This document shows positions 1 to 14,391 of a stretch of DNA of 64,000 bases, in pieces (positions within the stretch are counted from its first letter, which is position 1; every line of letters begins with the position of its first letter). This stretch comes from Laetmonice hystrix. Taxonomy: Eukaryota. Below the pieces are notes generated by a model, which was not told the origin of the DNA, did not search any database, and was given only the letters and a program-made list of their open reading frames with translations. The translations under genes were made by a program, and so were the position numbers. The stretch covers positions 14,570,001 to 14,634,000 of the forward strand of contig OZ249446.1 in NCBI GenBank assembly GCA_965235115.1. The letters are read 5' to 3'.

Positions 1-3000
1 GTTGAATATTGTTGTTCAATGTACACATTTCTGCAGAGAGTTTCGTGTCAATTGAAGGTAAACAGTACTGTTATTAATGGAAATAATGGGGACAAATGAT
101 AATGATTGTTTATTTCGTAAAGTCAAGAAGTACTTATTGAAAAGAATCATGTGTCTTGATTCCTGCGTAAGCAATTAGCCCAGAAATAAACATTTTGATG
201 TTATTAGGAAAATAACACTCGAGCCCTAGTACATCAGCACAACGGGTATTTGTCAAGAATAATTCATGTTTACTCTTTGTGAATTCGAATATAGACGCTG
301 TGTCAATGACAGTGCTGCATTATGACTCCCATTTCGCTTTATTTCGTGACTAGCACCTGGCTCTTAATGCATTTCAAACTGTCTCAAACGACTTGAGGAA
401 TATCCTTTTTCAAGGACAAAGGAAAAACATACTTTTTATAATATACCCAAGCGAATTTCATATTTTGCTTTCCTAGTGTCGCCTTGGTGGTGATACGAAA
501 GGCTGGCGAAAGCTTTCAACGAGAGGCTTTCTGATGACTCTTTTTTTACGGGAAAAATGATGCTACTTCATTAGCCTTATTGTGTAGCCGAACCAGCCAG
601 GTGATGTTAGAAAGGCCAGGCCCAATATTTCATCTGATACTGTGCTGACCTGAGTCTTCGACAGAGTCCTGTACTATAATTCCCGTCCACTGATATCATA
701 ACCTGACACTACCCGACCTTTATATATCATGGGTCAATTAAAAAACCTCGACGTCTGGAACGGAAGGACTTCAGGGGGGGGGGGGCATTTTTAAAAAAGA
801 ATACAGATTGAATATTATCTGCAACACGATAAAGATGGTTATCGCCTCCGATTACTGACAAATAGTTGCTGGAGGCGGCTTCATCCACATCTTTCTCTCC
901 GGGGGAACGGTGGACGACACTCCTGCACCTGCTCAAACCGCGGCCAAAATGACCTCCCATGCAGTCAGACCCGTTGTAGAATCGGCCCAAATTACTCGCC
1001 CTCCTTCAAAGAGATTTGTCTTAATTTGCTCAACTCTGAATCAAGTCTATTAGAAAACCAAGTCACTAGTGTGTGAGTAAAATCTCAAGAAAGAGTATGG
1101 TACGCAAAATATGGCCTCGTACTTTGCGTCGAATATTGGCCCGTCTGAGGAAGGTCATGGGAAGGGGAAGTACATATTGTCCACATTGCCGACCAGATGA
1201 AGACTTAATCAAATCCTCCTCCTCTAATCCAACTAGCTTTTCTCGTCAAACAGATTGAACGTTCTTCATAGAGTCCGTCAGGCTGACAGCTTGGTGCGTG
1301 TGCGTTTATGTGCGTTGGCGTTGGTCTATGCTGTTGTCAAAGCCTAAAATGAATGACAGTGGCTTCCTATCCGAAGACAAGACAAAGAAGTTGTTGTTGG
1401 CGATGCAGGCCACACGCCGTGGTCTTTCAAGATGCGGGGGGATTAGGGATTAACGTATGTTAGGTACAATACAACTTTGCACAGTACAGATGCATTCCCA
1501 ATGATTGATACGTATTTCACCCCTACAGTTAAGGTATGATAGGCTAATTATCGTCCGGGTTATTAATTAACAGAAAACACCGAATTGATCATATGTAGCC
1601 TCGTACTGATTGCTTCTTGCTTTGAAAGGGGGATAGTAATTTCCCAGAGGCATACGTCCACAAGGACGCCTGCAATGCCCCCTCTCTGGGCGTGTGGGCA
1701 GATCCCTTACCGCATCCCGGTGAATTTGAGGCAGGTGGTCCACTGGCTGGTGCTGAAGTAGGCCCTCTGCCATCTTCGACCCAGTGAGGGGATAGAGAAA
1801 GCGCCCACTCACGAAGACTGGCAGGAGCTGATTTTGGATAAATTAGGTTTCTACCGTCATGAGAATCCCACCCGCCTGCAGCCCGTTCTCAAACGGGCAG
1901 TATGTGACATTTTATACGATCTAACACGCGAGGAAAACATCAATATATTTTCTCTCGGTTTCCATCGTGCTGTCTTCGACCGGCTCGAGCTCGGCCCGTC
2001 TCGTGTCAGAAGGCCATGGCCGGTCCGACCCACAGCTTCCCGATGTCCACGCTTTATGGCGGCCCGGGTCCGCATGTTATAGCACAAAGACCTTCTTCCT
2101 ATGCGATCCTTCGCCACCTTTATCATACCTAAAGAACTGGGGATACCAAGAGCCCTTTCACGGCCACCGTTAGGGAGCGTGCCTACATCAGGTGCTCGGG
2201 CTTCCAACACAACAAAAGGCCCCATGTTATCCATGGGCTTCACTCTTCACCAAACACGTTTGGAAAAGTATGCACATAAAAATTCAGACGCTTAATGCGC
2301 ACTTATTCTAGGGTCATGCACAACACGCAAAGCGTTTGATGCACTGTTCAAGTATTGATTCTGACGTCGCCGTGGGCGAAATTAAGTTTTAAAAACCCAA
2401 ATGGCAATATGGATATCATCATGCCATCACTTGGGACTTGTAGAGGATTAGTACCTTTATCTATCCTCATATATCACCATGGCCCATGCCGGGGGACGCA
2501 CTCAAAATTGATTCTAAAAATTAACGCTTTTCTGTCGCTTTCAGGGTCAGGGTTGCACCTTCTCTGGACCCCGTCCCTGCCAAAAACTGAAGTAGGCCTA
2601 ATATCTATGGGATGTTGGATGTTGGATCACTAGAAAAGGAACATTTGGAGCCAAATAGAAAAGAAGATATACAGAAACCTCATAGAGAGTCGAAGACAAG
2701 GAAAAGGAAGTCAGGTCGCCAGCCCTGTGGTAGTCATCTAACCTCCCCTCTCCCGCCCCCGTAAACCAAACGAGAACGGTTCATTCCAACCCAAGTTACA
2801 GCAGTTATCATTTATGAATTAGGCGCAGAGAATACGGTTCAAGTAGACAGGTTGACTACTTACGGTCTCCAGCGTTAACACATTCACCGCGTTAATTATT
2901 TAACCCTCATTATAATGCCTGGTAATACTCGGGTGCCAGAATATCCTAGAATTGCTGCAAACGAGACGAGGTGCAGCACGGAGATCGAAATGAAGTCCTT

Positions 3001-3122
3001 TTTGAATGCCGTTGGGATGTCCCTGTTGGCATTTGTCAAATACATTGACAAAAGGGTGCCCATTGTCACTGTCACTGTAGTGGGCGCTTACAATATACTA
3101 CTGTACATTGTACACATTCACA

Positions 3123-3176
3123 TCTCTCTGCCTCCCCCTCTCCTCTCACCTCTCTCTCTCCCTCTCTCTCTCTCTC
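3123..3176. repeat. Imperfect (CT)n microsatellite
   Basis: Pyrimidine run of CT dinucleotides read directly from the sequence. Confidence 0.85.
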
Positions 3177-6100
3177 AGAACTGAGGAGACGATAATATCT
3201 ATTTGGGATATGTTGATATTCGTGTAAAATTAACATAAGTCATATTCCGGGCCACACCTATTGATAACGAGGTTCGAAGACCCACAGAAAATGGATTGGA
3301 TCGACAAACAGAAAATGATTCTAGTTATTGCTATGACATGCAATGTCCTAACAAGGCAGGAGATCGAGGGTAATGATTCTCGGAGCTATTTCGTGGAACT
3401 GAAGTATGGCATTGGACTCAAAAAGCCAAGTGGGCCCTTAATTTTGTACCCCTGACTTCCTCATCAGGATTTATGATGAGCACTTTTTTTCTAATTATTC
3501 TCCTAAAGCTCTGATTTTCAATAATCATTATTCTGTTTTCATAGTCAACAAATTGCTCTATATAGGCCTAGTTGCCCGGAAAATTCACTGCACATATATA
3601 CATCTGATAGCCACTGTTAACAACATGGCCATTACTAATTAAACAAATTAATTTCCACTATATGTTTACATTCAGGCGGGAAACAATGACTTGTACAGTT
3701 CTGCAGGAACACCAAATAAATGTTTGAATCAATGTTCGTTGCTAAGCAACTACTGAGAGAGGTTCTAAGAGTCCGTAATGGCATGCCCGCCTGGTAACGA
3801 AGTGTGAACGGGCATGGTCTGCCAGCCTCCTGCACAAGAATTTCATATACGGCAGACATTTTCTTCGATTTGATAATTAAAGGATATGCTATCCCCCGGC
3901 TGTATTTCCGGTTGTGCTGCATTCGTATTTCCATGGGGATGCCTCTAATCAGAATTTGTGGCATCAGGGGACCGACAGATGGAAAATGCGCCTGCGCGAA
4001 GGGAGCATTGTCAAGGAAAGGGAGCGTTCATTGTGGGTTAGGCGAGAATTAGTGGCAAATTTTATAGGGCGGAGACGGTCCAGAAACTCTTAGATGTTGA
4101 ATGCACGAAACTGTTGCTTCACTCTCAGCAACGTACCCCCATAACAACTCCGTCCGTCCGTTTATATGATTCGCATTGTTTCTGGTGTTAAAACGACCGC
4201 CCAATCGACACATTTCAACAGCTGCTTCCGAGGCATATATCAAGCTGAATGGCAGGCGAGCTACTAAACGAAAATTGTGGCCGCAGAGGCGACGGGAGTG
4301 GATCATCAGGGAAAACACTCTGTTCCCATTTAATGTATGGATACAAAGGGGGATATTGGCGAATAAAGTATGCATGGCTTGGAGCTGCCCTGACAGGCCG
4401 CCCACTGTAGCGCCACTGTTGGCGGGTAGCTAAAGCCTCCAACATAAGCAACTGAAATAATGATGATATTGGCAACAATGATAATAATATTTCAAGCGTT
4501 AAGAATAACATGTATAACATGCCGCTAAGGCAGGGCGGACACTTTCATTCAGTGATGACGGCCCAATATTCACGGCTCATAAAACTGCCCCCTTTACAAA
4601 GAGAATTCAGGAATCACTTCCGTGTCTAGTTACTCCCGCTTCCTACCGTTCTAATCGTCTTATTGTCTATCTGTTTACAGAGGCGGAGTGCACGGAGTGG
4701 TGTGAAGACAGGTAACTACCCCTCCTTCTTTCAATATACTCTTTATCTTTTAAGTCCCATCATACCGTTCTTTAGAGACGGTCTGAACTAAATGGCAATT
4801 ATTTCCCTTTTCTTTACGCAAACATGTCATCAATAGTCTTGAACCGAATGGCACCGTCAGCATGTGAGTTAGAGCAAAGAGTCAGAGACAGTCGAGCAGC
4901 ATCCCTTAACCTCCGAGAAGACATCTGTAATGTTCCCCTGGCTGACATAGCACAGGCACAGGTAGAATGCCCGTATTAAGCATTGCGCGTGTCGGTTGGC
5001 CCTATCAGCAGGTGTCAGGGCCGGGGACATGACTACGTGACGAAAACCCGACTCCACAAACCCTCCAATACGAGACATACATATCTAATTCTGTGACAAT
5101 ACGCTAAACAATACGGATATAAGGATGGGAACGGACGGGTGGAGAATTCAATGTGCCTTAAAATGTGCGCGAGTCATCATGTTGGTACAGCTCAGCCGCC
5201 TGATGGACTGCACAGTTCTTGTCGTTAACTACAGCACTGACCGTTTTAAATAGACTGACCGTTGACAAACAGTGCGGTTCTTACCACCTGAAAGACCCTT
5301 AGTGTGGACTGATTGAAAAAAAACACACATGTATACACCTTGAAACGGCCCATTATTGCAAATACACTGACTATCCTAAATGTATTGACTACTCAGAGAC
5401 AGTTCTTGTCAATAGAGTTTCTTATTTCACTCTATTTCATTCAACAACATCACCCAACAAAACCGAAAGAACTATACAGGTTGCCATAGAGAGTGTAAGT
5501 ATATTTCAATGACCGGCTTTAGCTAGCAATAGGAGAAGGACATACACTTTCTATTTTGAATAGAAAGTTTCGTGAACAAGTATCCGATATCACGACTCTC
5601 CGTGCTCCACACAGGTTACCAAGGAAACAGAAAGCGTCCATTGCATCAAACGGATTATTAATGACATTATTGCCTTTTGGCGGAGCAGCACAGTCCAAAA
5701 GGTAATACCGGGGTATGATGCAGCCGAAACACAGTTTAAGCATTCTGGACCGACTAAAAACTGCTCTGGAAGTGTTCAGTACAAGTCTCTACCCCTGGGC
5801 ATTCTGCATCCCTCTCTGGCACAAAGAGCTTCAACAACGTGCATGCGTTCGTACGAAAGGGTTTAAGGTGCTCATCAAGATATCCGATTACTATCTTCAC
5901 GTACCATTAACACAACTATAGCCGTACGATGGCCACGAGAACACATCGGCTGCATCATTAATTGGAATAATACAATGCCAAAACTTTTAAGAAACCCTAG
6001 AATTCTAGAGGATCTTTAAAGCCAAGATTCACGATTGATAAAGCCAATGTGCATTTTAATACCTTTTAGAGCGCAAGTCTATGACAAAGGGTGCTGTGTA

Positions 6101-6400
6101 GAAAGTTGTAAAAAGCCACAATAACTAGAGGCTTAATGTGGTATAAAGTAAAATTGTTCCACGACATCGGAGTAGTAGGACCTACGTTGTATGCGGATAA
6201 CAATGCCCCCCCCCGATCTGTCGGTTCTATCCGCATAAGCCAGGAGTCCATGTGTACGTAGTGTGGGCGTGATGCGTAATGCGAACTGCGTAGTGCGTAT
6301 CCATCAAAATCAATAAAAACAAGTTGGAGTGATTCCATGTGTGCGTAGTGCGTAATTCGTTTGGGAATACCGCCACGGTGACTTGAGAGAATTAAGAGGG

Positions 6401-6511
6401 CGTCAAATATCGGACACCCCCTCCCCCGTCAAATATCCCCAACCCCCTCCCCCGTCAAATATCAGAAACCCTCTCCCCCGTCAAATATCAGAAACCTCCC
6501 CCGTCAAATAC
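6401..6511. repeat. Short tandem repeat, 5 copies of a CGTCAAATA core at 23-26 bp spacing
   Basis: The core starts at 6401, 6427, 6453, 6479 and 6502, separated by C-rich linkers. Confidence 0.85.
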
Positions 6512-7865
6512 CGGATATGTGCATGGTGGTGTATTTTTTACATCACCCAAGACTCGGGATGGACCCGATTGAAATTAATTCTGTCATTCAGACGGGAGGC
6601 TGTCGGAAGGTCCATCTTACAGACTGTGAGAGACACATAGGCGAAGAGACAGATGGACAGAGGATGGCGTGGCCAAGTACGCAGGCTGGGAACGACCTGC
6701 CGTAAAAACTGACCTGCCTTACATCTTACCCACTCACCTGGACGTAGATATCAACGTGCCGTGTCTATTTTGCATGTCTGAATGCTGAAGGTGGATGATA
6801 TGGCCGATGTCATGCTAGACTAGGCCTTTTTACAGAACAGATCATGCAGATCTTTATAAGACTTGGTCACGCACATGTGTGACCGCGAGCCAGAAAAATC
6901 TCCTTCCGGTCTGCGTGAGTGTAGTACTGCTGTGCGCCCCCAGGGGTCGCTCGCATAGCCTCTTGAAACGCGATGTTGCCTGATTATAAGTGACAAAATA
7001 ATTCCACAGATATTTTTTTGATTACTTTGTGTTTAGCTTGAACTTGCTCTGCGGTAACGTTTGGTAAAAGTTTGGTGACTTTTGCCTCTTCCATTTCAAC
7101 CGGCACTCCAGGAGCAACGTCCGTCGAAAAGCGTCGGCCTAAAAGATGTAGTTGGTCATACGTTCAGATATTTCAGGAGTTGCGGTACTGTTGTGCCTAT
7201 ATCTTTAAACCTATAGGGGCGTGCTCCGCTGCTTCCATCCCTTGGGATCTTCGCCTTCAATTCCGTCAGTCTAAAGGTATATCAATGGAACCAGCTCCTG
7301 AAACGACGCCTCTCCTTTCCTTTTTTAATGGAGGGAGATAAAACAATGAGCCTGTCTATTCATAATGTCCATTGTAACAATATTCATAAGCAAGATGTTA
7401 TCGATGTTTGGTGAATGTTGATGTGAATACTTGCGATGATTGTGTCTGTTTAGGGCAGCACAAACATTCAATCAACCGTAATGGTTCTTTTATTGATCCA
7501 CATGCCGTGGAAATCCGCTGTATGAGCTCCGAACGCATGATGGGCTCGAAACGCAAGAGATTTTACAGCGTCGGACCATTGTTAAAAGGCCCATAAGGCG
7601 AGCAAATGTGTGGAAAGACATGAATCTCAGGGTCACGGAAAGGAGGGTGTTCTGTGGTGAACCGACTCTATAATGATGCTACCAAATTGCCATGACCGGC
7701 ATGAGCAAGATGGAACGACCACCAAACAACATGGAAGGATAGGTAACATGCAGCCTACACACAAGGATGATGAGACGGACAAAGTCCTATTCACTCCTCA
7801 CCAATATGGACTGTCAGGGTTGTGTTCAGTTCGCGTGCAACTACTTCATGGAAAAACATCTGTCT

Positions 7866-8003
7866 GTGTGAGAGACCCCCGTATTTGGTTGACAGTCGGT
7901 CAAAATCCGTCAGTGTGAGAGACCCCATTATTTGGTTGACAGTCGGTCAAAATCCGTCAGTGTGAGAGACCCCCGTATTTGGTTGACAGTCGGTCAAAAA
8001 CCG
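7866..8003. repeat. 47-bp minisatellite, about 3 copies
   Basis: Unit GTGTGAGAGACCCCCGTATTTGGTTGACAGTCGGTCAAAATCCGTCA at 7866, 7913 and 7960. Confidence 0.92.
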
Positions 8004-9169
8004 ATGTGAGAAAACAGCACTTTGTGGACGGTTGCATCGATTTGCATGATTTCATCGGAAACAAAATTATATAGCGATATTTATTTATTTCTGATTTAAT
8101 CCACCAGGCAAAAGCTAGAAGAAAAGGATGGGTTGGCTTTTCACCATGGACAGTAGGTCTATAGAACTATAGGTCTCTCTCCAACCCCTACCCGAAGTGA
8201 CAAAGCATTACAGTCACGTGTATGGCCAACGGTGTCACTTCGGTACCACGATAACTTCCTCTTCTCTTTCTAGTACGGACAAAGTTGTCTGTGTTCAAGA
8301 GGTCGCATTACAAGATCAGAGGTTTCCGGGGGAACAAAATACTCAGAACCACATGCAGTGTTGATGAATAGAACGTGCCTTTCTACCTGCTATCTGGCAC
8401 CGACCACATGTCGGCGAGTGTAAAAGGGTGACGTCGTAATTTGCGCCTGGTCTTCCTCAAGCACGCTGCTGATAGGTTATGTGTGGTGTGGGTAAACAGA
8501 ACAGCCGAGGACGCTAAAAAGAAAAGGGGACGCTTCATTCGGAGTCGGCGTCATCAGCGACCGGCGGCATGGCACCTCAATGTACACAAACCGCCAGCCC
8601 CAGGTTTCGCCTCAGTCCATACGCACCGTGTCATATATTTGTGTTAGCGCAATTCCGTAAGAATTCTTTAGCTTGTGTTGGGAAGGTGGCTGTTTCGGAA
8701 GAAGGTGAATTGCGGCCAGACGCAAGTGGTGGCGGGCGAGTCTTGACGGCGTCTGAAGGCGAGGAGATCGAGGGTAATGTAATAGATGACAATGTGGGAA
8801 CGCACCCCTGATGACCTGGCGTTGTGGAACAGGGCGTTGGAATGGATTTTGTCCTGGGGTATTTTCTGGGGGTGTTTACATGTCCGGTAAATATATTGTT
8901 TTCAAAGGAGGTGATGTAAAAGATGTGAAGTAAGCCCACGGTTATTTCGAGCCGTGATTAATCGTTACACGCCGTTCTTGTCTTCATATTTCTAACATAA
9001 GTTCTCCAGTTATAGCGACTACTTTAACCCTCCGTCTGTATTAGTCAGGTTTCACCATCAACCGTTAACTATCTCGATGGGGGTGTAATGGACACGGGAT
9101 TAATTTCGTCATGCGGAGAGATTGAAAGAAATAGGATCGAAGAAAGAAGAACGATATGATACATGCTCC

Positions 9170-9820
9170 CAACCGTGTGGGTGTTGGTAGTGGACATGGA
9201 TATGGTGTGGGTGTAGCAGTGGTGGTGGATATGGCGTGGGTGTAGGGAGTAGACATGGATATGGTGTGGGTGTAGGGAGTAGACATGGATTATGTTGTGG
9301 GTGTAGGGAATGGGCGAGGTCAGATATGGTGTGGTTGAAGGGGGGGAGGGCTTTGAAATTAAGCCGGCGGGTTCCCCGTCTACAAGGGCAACCTTCGCCG
9401 GCTACATTAACGGAATTCCAGGCGAGGAATACAACAAAATGATGGCGCCTGCTACTTTAGCCTAATCCCCGCTTACTCCAAAACATTTTGAAAGACCTGG
9501 TGGGCGTAGATATGTTGTGGGTGTGGTGAGGATGTAGGGTTGGGAGGGGCGACAGGGCTGGATCCAAGATTATGGAAAGGGGGAGGGGGTAGGGTGTTGA
9601 AGGGAGGGGGATCTGTTTCAGGGGTGGGGGTGACCAGGGTAAATTAAAAAGGTTTTAATGCGGAGGAAAATGGTGTATGATGTAGGCGTAGGGGGTTTGG
9701 TGGGGTTGGAGGTGGAGTTGGTGTAGGGATAGGAGGGGCTGGCCGTGGATATGGTCTGGGCGTAGGGGTTTGGGTGGAGTTGGTGTAGAAATAGGATGTG
9801 CTGGCCGTTGATGTGGCGTG
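9170..9820. repeat. G/T-rich low-complexity region with ~30-bp degenerate repeats
   Basis: Copies of GTAGACATGGATATGGTGTGGGTGTAGGGA at 9190-9310, followed by many G-tracts; the + strand is strongly C-poor in the repeat blocks. Confidence 0.75.
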
Positions 9821-10496
9821 GGCCCAGTAGTTTTAAAGAGGATAGTCTATACTACGTGTGGAGGCGGTGCCTCATCTTCCACTTTAAGCCTGCCAACAAA
9901 ATAATTGCCTCGCCATATGGAAACGCCCAGGCCCATAATTGCATTCATTATCGACAATCAAATATTCCACTAACTATGCGAGCTACAGTAATTGTCTCCA
10001 GGTAGTTACGTAGGTATACCCGATAACTCATTAAGGTGGTGTTCACCATGTTGAAAGCTAACTCGAGTGTCCATTGACTGAATGGACAGGCCACAGAAGA
10101 TGAACCCAGGCAACACCAAATATCATTAACATACTTGACCGTGTTACCAATAATTGAATTCGGAATGTTCTACTCCCGCAAATTAAATTATTACTAGAAG
10201 CCTTTTATGTTCGTTAAGTCGTCCGTTGATGGCACATCAAAAAGTCGTGCTGTCAGAACTACTGGCATTCCGTCACCATCAATCTTCTAGCTGTTTGACA
10301 TCCTGACCTTTTCTTGTCAGATCATGAAGTTATTTGCCGCAAAATTACTTTGATTTCAGATTGTAGCGGGTGTTGAGATTGCTTATATTTTCTGAACCGT
10401 TGGGGCAGTGGGGATGTTCCGGTGGACGAATGGGTTCAGGTGCAGGCTGAGTTAGGTCGCCACAATCAGTTCCTTGAGGGTTCATCCCCTTCTTCT

Positions 10497-11156
10497 GGCG
10501 CTGCCTCCCCACGCAGTGCACCTGGCTTAGCTATCAAAGGTCGGGTGTGTTGGCGCCGCCTCCCCACGCAGTGCACCTGGCTTGGCTATCAAAGGTTGGG
10601 TGTGTTGGCGCCGCCTCCCCACGCAGTGCACCTGGCTTGGCTATCAAAGGGTGGGTGTGTTGGCGCCGCCTCCCCACGCAGTGCACCTGGCTTGGCTATC
10701 AAAGGTCGGGTGTGTTGGCGCCGCCTCCCCACGCAGTGCACCTGGCTTGGCTATCAAAGGTCGGGTGTGTTGGCGCCGCCTCCCCACGCAGTGCACCTGG
10801 CTTAGCTATCAAAGGTCGGGTGTGTTGGCGCCGCCTCCCCACGCAGTGCACCTGGCTTGGCTATCGAAGGTCGGGTGTGTTGGCGCCGCCTCCCCACGCA
10901 GTGCACTTGGCTTGGCTATCGAAGGTCGGGTGTGTTGGCGCCGCCTCCCCACGCAGTGCACCTGTCTTGGCTATCAAAGGTCGGGTGTGTTGGCGCCGCC
11001 TCCCCACGCAGTGCACCTGGCTTGGCTATCAAAGGTCGGGTGTGTTGGCGCCGCCTCCCCACGCAGTGCACCTGGCTTGGCTATCAAAGGTCGGGTGTGT
11101 TGGCGCCGCCTCCCCACGCAGTGCGCCTGGTTTGGCTATCAAAGGTCGGGTGTGTT
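10497..11156. repeat. 55-bp GC-rich minisatellite, 12 copies
   Basis: Unit GGCGCCGCCTCCCCACGCAGTGCACCTGGCTTGGCTATCAAAGGTCGGGTGTGTT; starts at 10497, 10552, 10607 through 11102; no spacers. Confidence 0.97.
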
Positions 11157-14100
11157 ATACTGTGTTTTTGCAGTTTGCACTAACCAGAATATTTCAAACC
11201 AGAATTGCCTCCACTCACCCCGTCCCACGTATACGCAACTGTTCCCAAGACCCTAATTATATCACTGACAGAACTTCAGTGACTTTGTGTCCTCTTGGAA
11301 GACTTCTTTCGGCAGACGTTGCTTTGCAACATAGCGTGCCCCTGTGGGACAATACAGGGACGCTATATACACGTCGGTAACTCTGGCTAAATGATGCGTC
11401 ATGTTCGGGAGCGGCGACACCAGCTTCGTCCCCAGTGACGCGCAGACGGAAGGTAAATATTTAGGTTCCACGCATAGGAAGTGATGCTCATCAGCGCTAC
11501 ACGGCGTGTGGGGCCGGAGCGGTCGGGCGGGGGTCGCCAGACGGGCCGGACCTCGGGGGAGGTCCCGGGCGGCGGTCTGCTCGGCAACGATCACAATGGG
11601 TACGGCCACGCCAGGTCCCGACCTCGCCCGGCTACATGTTGATTCGGTCCGGCTAGATCTCCCGGCGGGGCCGTCCCACGCATGCCGTGCAGGCTAATCG
11701 AAGAAAGCTAACAAGGAGGGAATAAGGGAGAGCCCGGAGCGTGTATTACATTTCACTGGCCAGTGACATATGAACCAATATGGACAGACATGCCTCAAAC
11801 CAAGGGTGAAGGGGTAGGAAGTTTGATAAACATTCTCAGTGGGTGTATATATATGTCTGTCTGTCTGCTGCCAATTTCTAACATCCGTCTGCGCGAGGAA
11901 CCTTCGGAAAGAAGGCAAAAGCATTATGTTAAGTCTGCATCCTGGTTTAACTGTTTAAGAACTAGTGACAAAACAGTTTGAAATCAATAGATAACTAAAG
12001 TCATATTAAACATAAGGAAAAAAGAAAGGTATAGCCAATGCTAGATCTTGTATTCAATTTAAGTTGGCTACAGGTGTGCAGTAATGTCTCAAAATGTCCG
12101 ACGCAGAGATGTCGTGTGGAGATGCGCCCTGAATTCGTGCATGGTGATTGGGACGCATCCCAATGATGCTCTGAAAAGAATTCACAGAATTCCTTTCGCT
12201 CCGAATCAACGCTCAGTAATGTGGCGAGCCATAAATACCAAGGCTACAGTAACACGGAAAGTCCATTAACGATTGCCACTGCGACGAACTGGGGCTTACA
12301 CGGTCGTGTGAGCGGGCGAACGGCGCGCATCAACGATGACACCCAGTAAGACACCAATAGCCGGCAGTTTCTACAGCCATCAGACAAACGTACGTCAACA
12401 AATCAACAGTCGATCACCACAAGCGTTGTCACTTCCGTCACTCTGTCACTCACAACTCCACCAGTGCCCCAACCCGTTGAGCATGCAGATGGTAGCATGA
12501 AGTGCGTCTTAAGCTTGCGCGTGACACTCGACACCTCCCGCGAAACTGCAAATAAGACTCCCGCCCCTTCAGTTGCTGAAACCCCCATGCTGCCAATGAT
12601 TTGTTCTGGCAGTATTCCCGTGCGAGATGTTTTGCATGTTTCCCCGTCGCCTCCGTCTGTATGCGACACATAAGCCCCTTGCACGCAGCAAATGCATCCG
12701 AAATGAATTGTTAAAGACAGACCGAAGTACGTTTCAAGCCGTCGTGACACCCGGCAACTGAGGCATGGAACAAAGCCTTTCACTCCATTAGGCTCTCCGG
12801 TAAAGTTTCTATGCGACACACTATTTGGTTAAGTGGTAAAACAAAGCGGAGAGGACTACAGGGGGTCACATTTCGTAAATACCATAAGAAAAAGGAAAGA
12901 TGCATTGTTGAGGATGTTGTACCAAGTTGATAAAAAAAATCCGCTGGTGAATGTTTGACTTTTGACTTTTGACAGATATTACAGTTCCTTTGATTATTTC
13001 TTCCTTGACTGGCGTGTTTAGAAGTTTCGAAGACGGCCAAATTAAACACTGGATTTCACGATCCTTCATTCCCGAAAGGGTAAAGTTTATAACATGGGTA
13101 AATTAATAATGGATGTTGTGGGATATATGGGTTAAAGTAGTATTATATGATATGAATATAGAATCGAAAGACATAAGCGTCATTTGACACCTGCCCCAAG
13201 TTCTGCGGTGCAGAGGTCCTACAGTCCTATATTGTGGTATTATTATATCCTGTTACCCAGGACTACCAGTTTGTCATTAGGATATGACTCTATACTGTCT
13301 GGCACGCCACTGTAGTATCCCATTATCCTTCCTGCATGATGGCGTCCCACAAATCTATACCACTGTGATAAAGTGATGAGATTGTATGGGTTACCCGGGA
13401 GAAGTATTTCCAGTGGCACTGGCTTTATATCAAAATCAAGCTGCACTTATGGCACCATGAAATGTAACAATGTCGAAAACTGCTACCAGTAACAAAACTG
13501 CTACCTGTAAACGCGCGGCAATGGCGCGGCAAGCAATATCCTGGGCAGGCTGAAAGCACATTTTGCAGTTAACTGAACCACTCGAAAATAGCAGTCATCA
13601 ATCAGTGGCAATCAAATGGGTGGAGGCATTAAGGTAGTCATATTAACAAACGGCCAGTGACTGTCTTTTTCTCTGAATCTCTCTGCCCACAGCGCCACCA
13701 AGCGGCAATCGGGAGAATGTGGCTGGGAGGATGACGTGTATTGTGGCCGCTTGGGCGCAGCCCCACTATAACAGCGATATGGTGCGCCCTATATCAATTA
13801 ACCAGTGCTAATATGCAATAGAAGATCAACGATTTCGAGTGCTATATTATTGTATTGCCTCCAATATCGATCACACTTCAAGTGGTGAGAGATGCTGTGT
13901 GTACCTCAAGCGACTCTAACGGCAATGTCTTTCAAATCTATTTTTCTGATATACTTTCAGCATGAATTCTTCCGATCAGTCAATTACTAACTCAATCAAT
14001 GGCTACATGCGTCATTATATAATCAATATATACAGCAGGTAAATCAATCGCTATTACTACTAAAGTGAACCCTTTGCCAGACAGGCCTTTGTTACTATGT

Positions 14101-14391
14101 CCAACTCAGGGAAACTAGAAGTTTATCATGTCCCATTATGTTGTGAGATTGCAGTAATGAACGAACTCGGTCATGGCATGTCGGGGTGTGGCCAGACACT
14201 GCCCTGCTAGTGGTACATAGATAGTCTGAAGGTCAAAATAAAGCGATCGCATTGTCTGTATCAATCATTAAACATCGTCGTTATCTACTATATCTCAGTT
14301 AACAATCAAGGTACAACGGGCGTCTGGGGTTCTACCAAACCTACATGCCCGTCTCCTAATACATTACATTCCAAAAGTACAATAGTACCCC

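Noticed and set aside
10497-11156. CRISPR-like regular repeats (also 16910-17580, 50421-50604, 53836-54560)
   Set aside because: Units are contiguous with no unique spacers, there are no cas genes, and the context is eukaryotic. They are minisatellites.
10422-11380. Long ORFs of 108-277 aa (and 53912-54583, 36889-37254)
   Set aside because: They are translations of stop-poor tandem repeats in several frames at once, with no protein-like features.
11262-11609. ORF with DEHHFLCVEPKY resembling a LINE C-terminal zinc knuckle
   Set aside because: The required cysteine spacing is missing and there is no adjoining RT-like sequence.
9018-13141. 13-bp inverted match ACTACTTTAACCC / GGGTTAAAGTAGT suggesting piggyBac-like ends
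   Set aside because: There is no similarity beyond 13 bp and no TSD outside it. Dozens of such matches are expected by chance in 64 kb.
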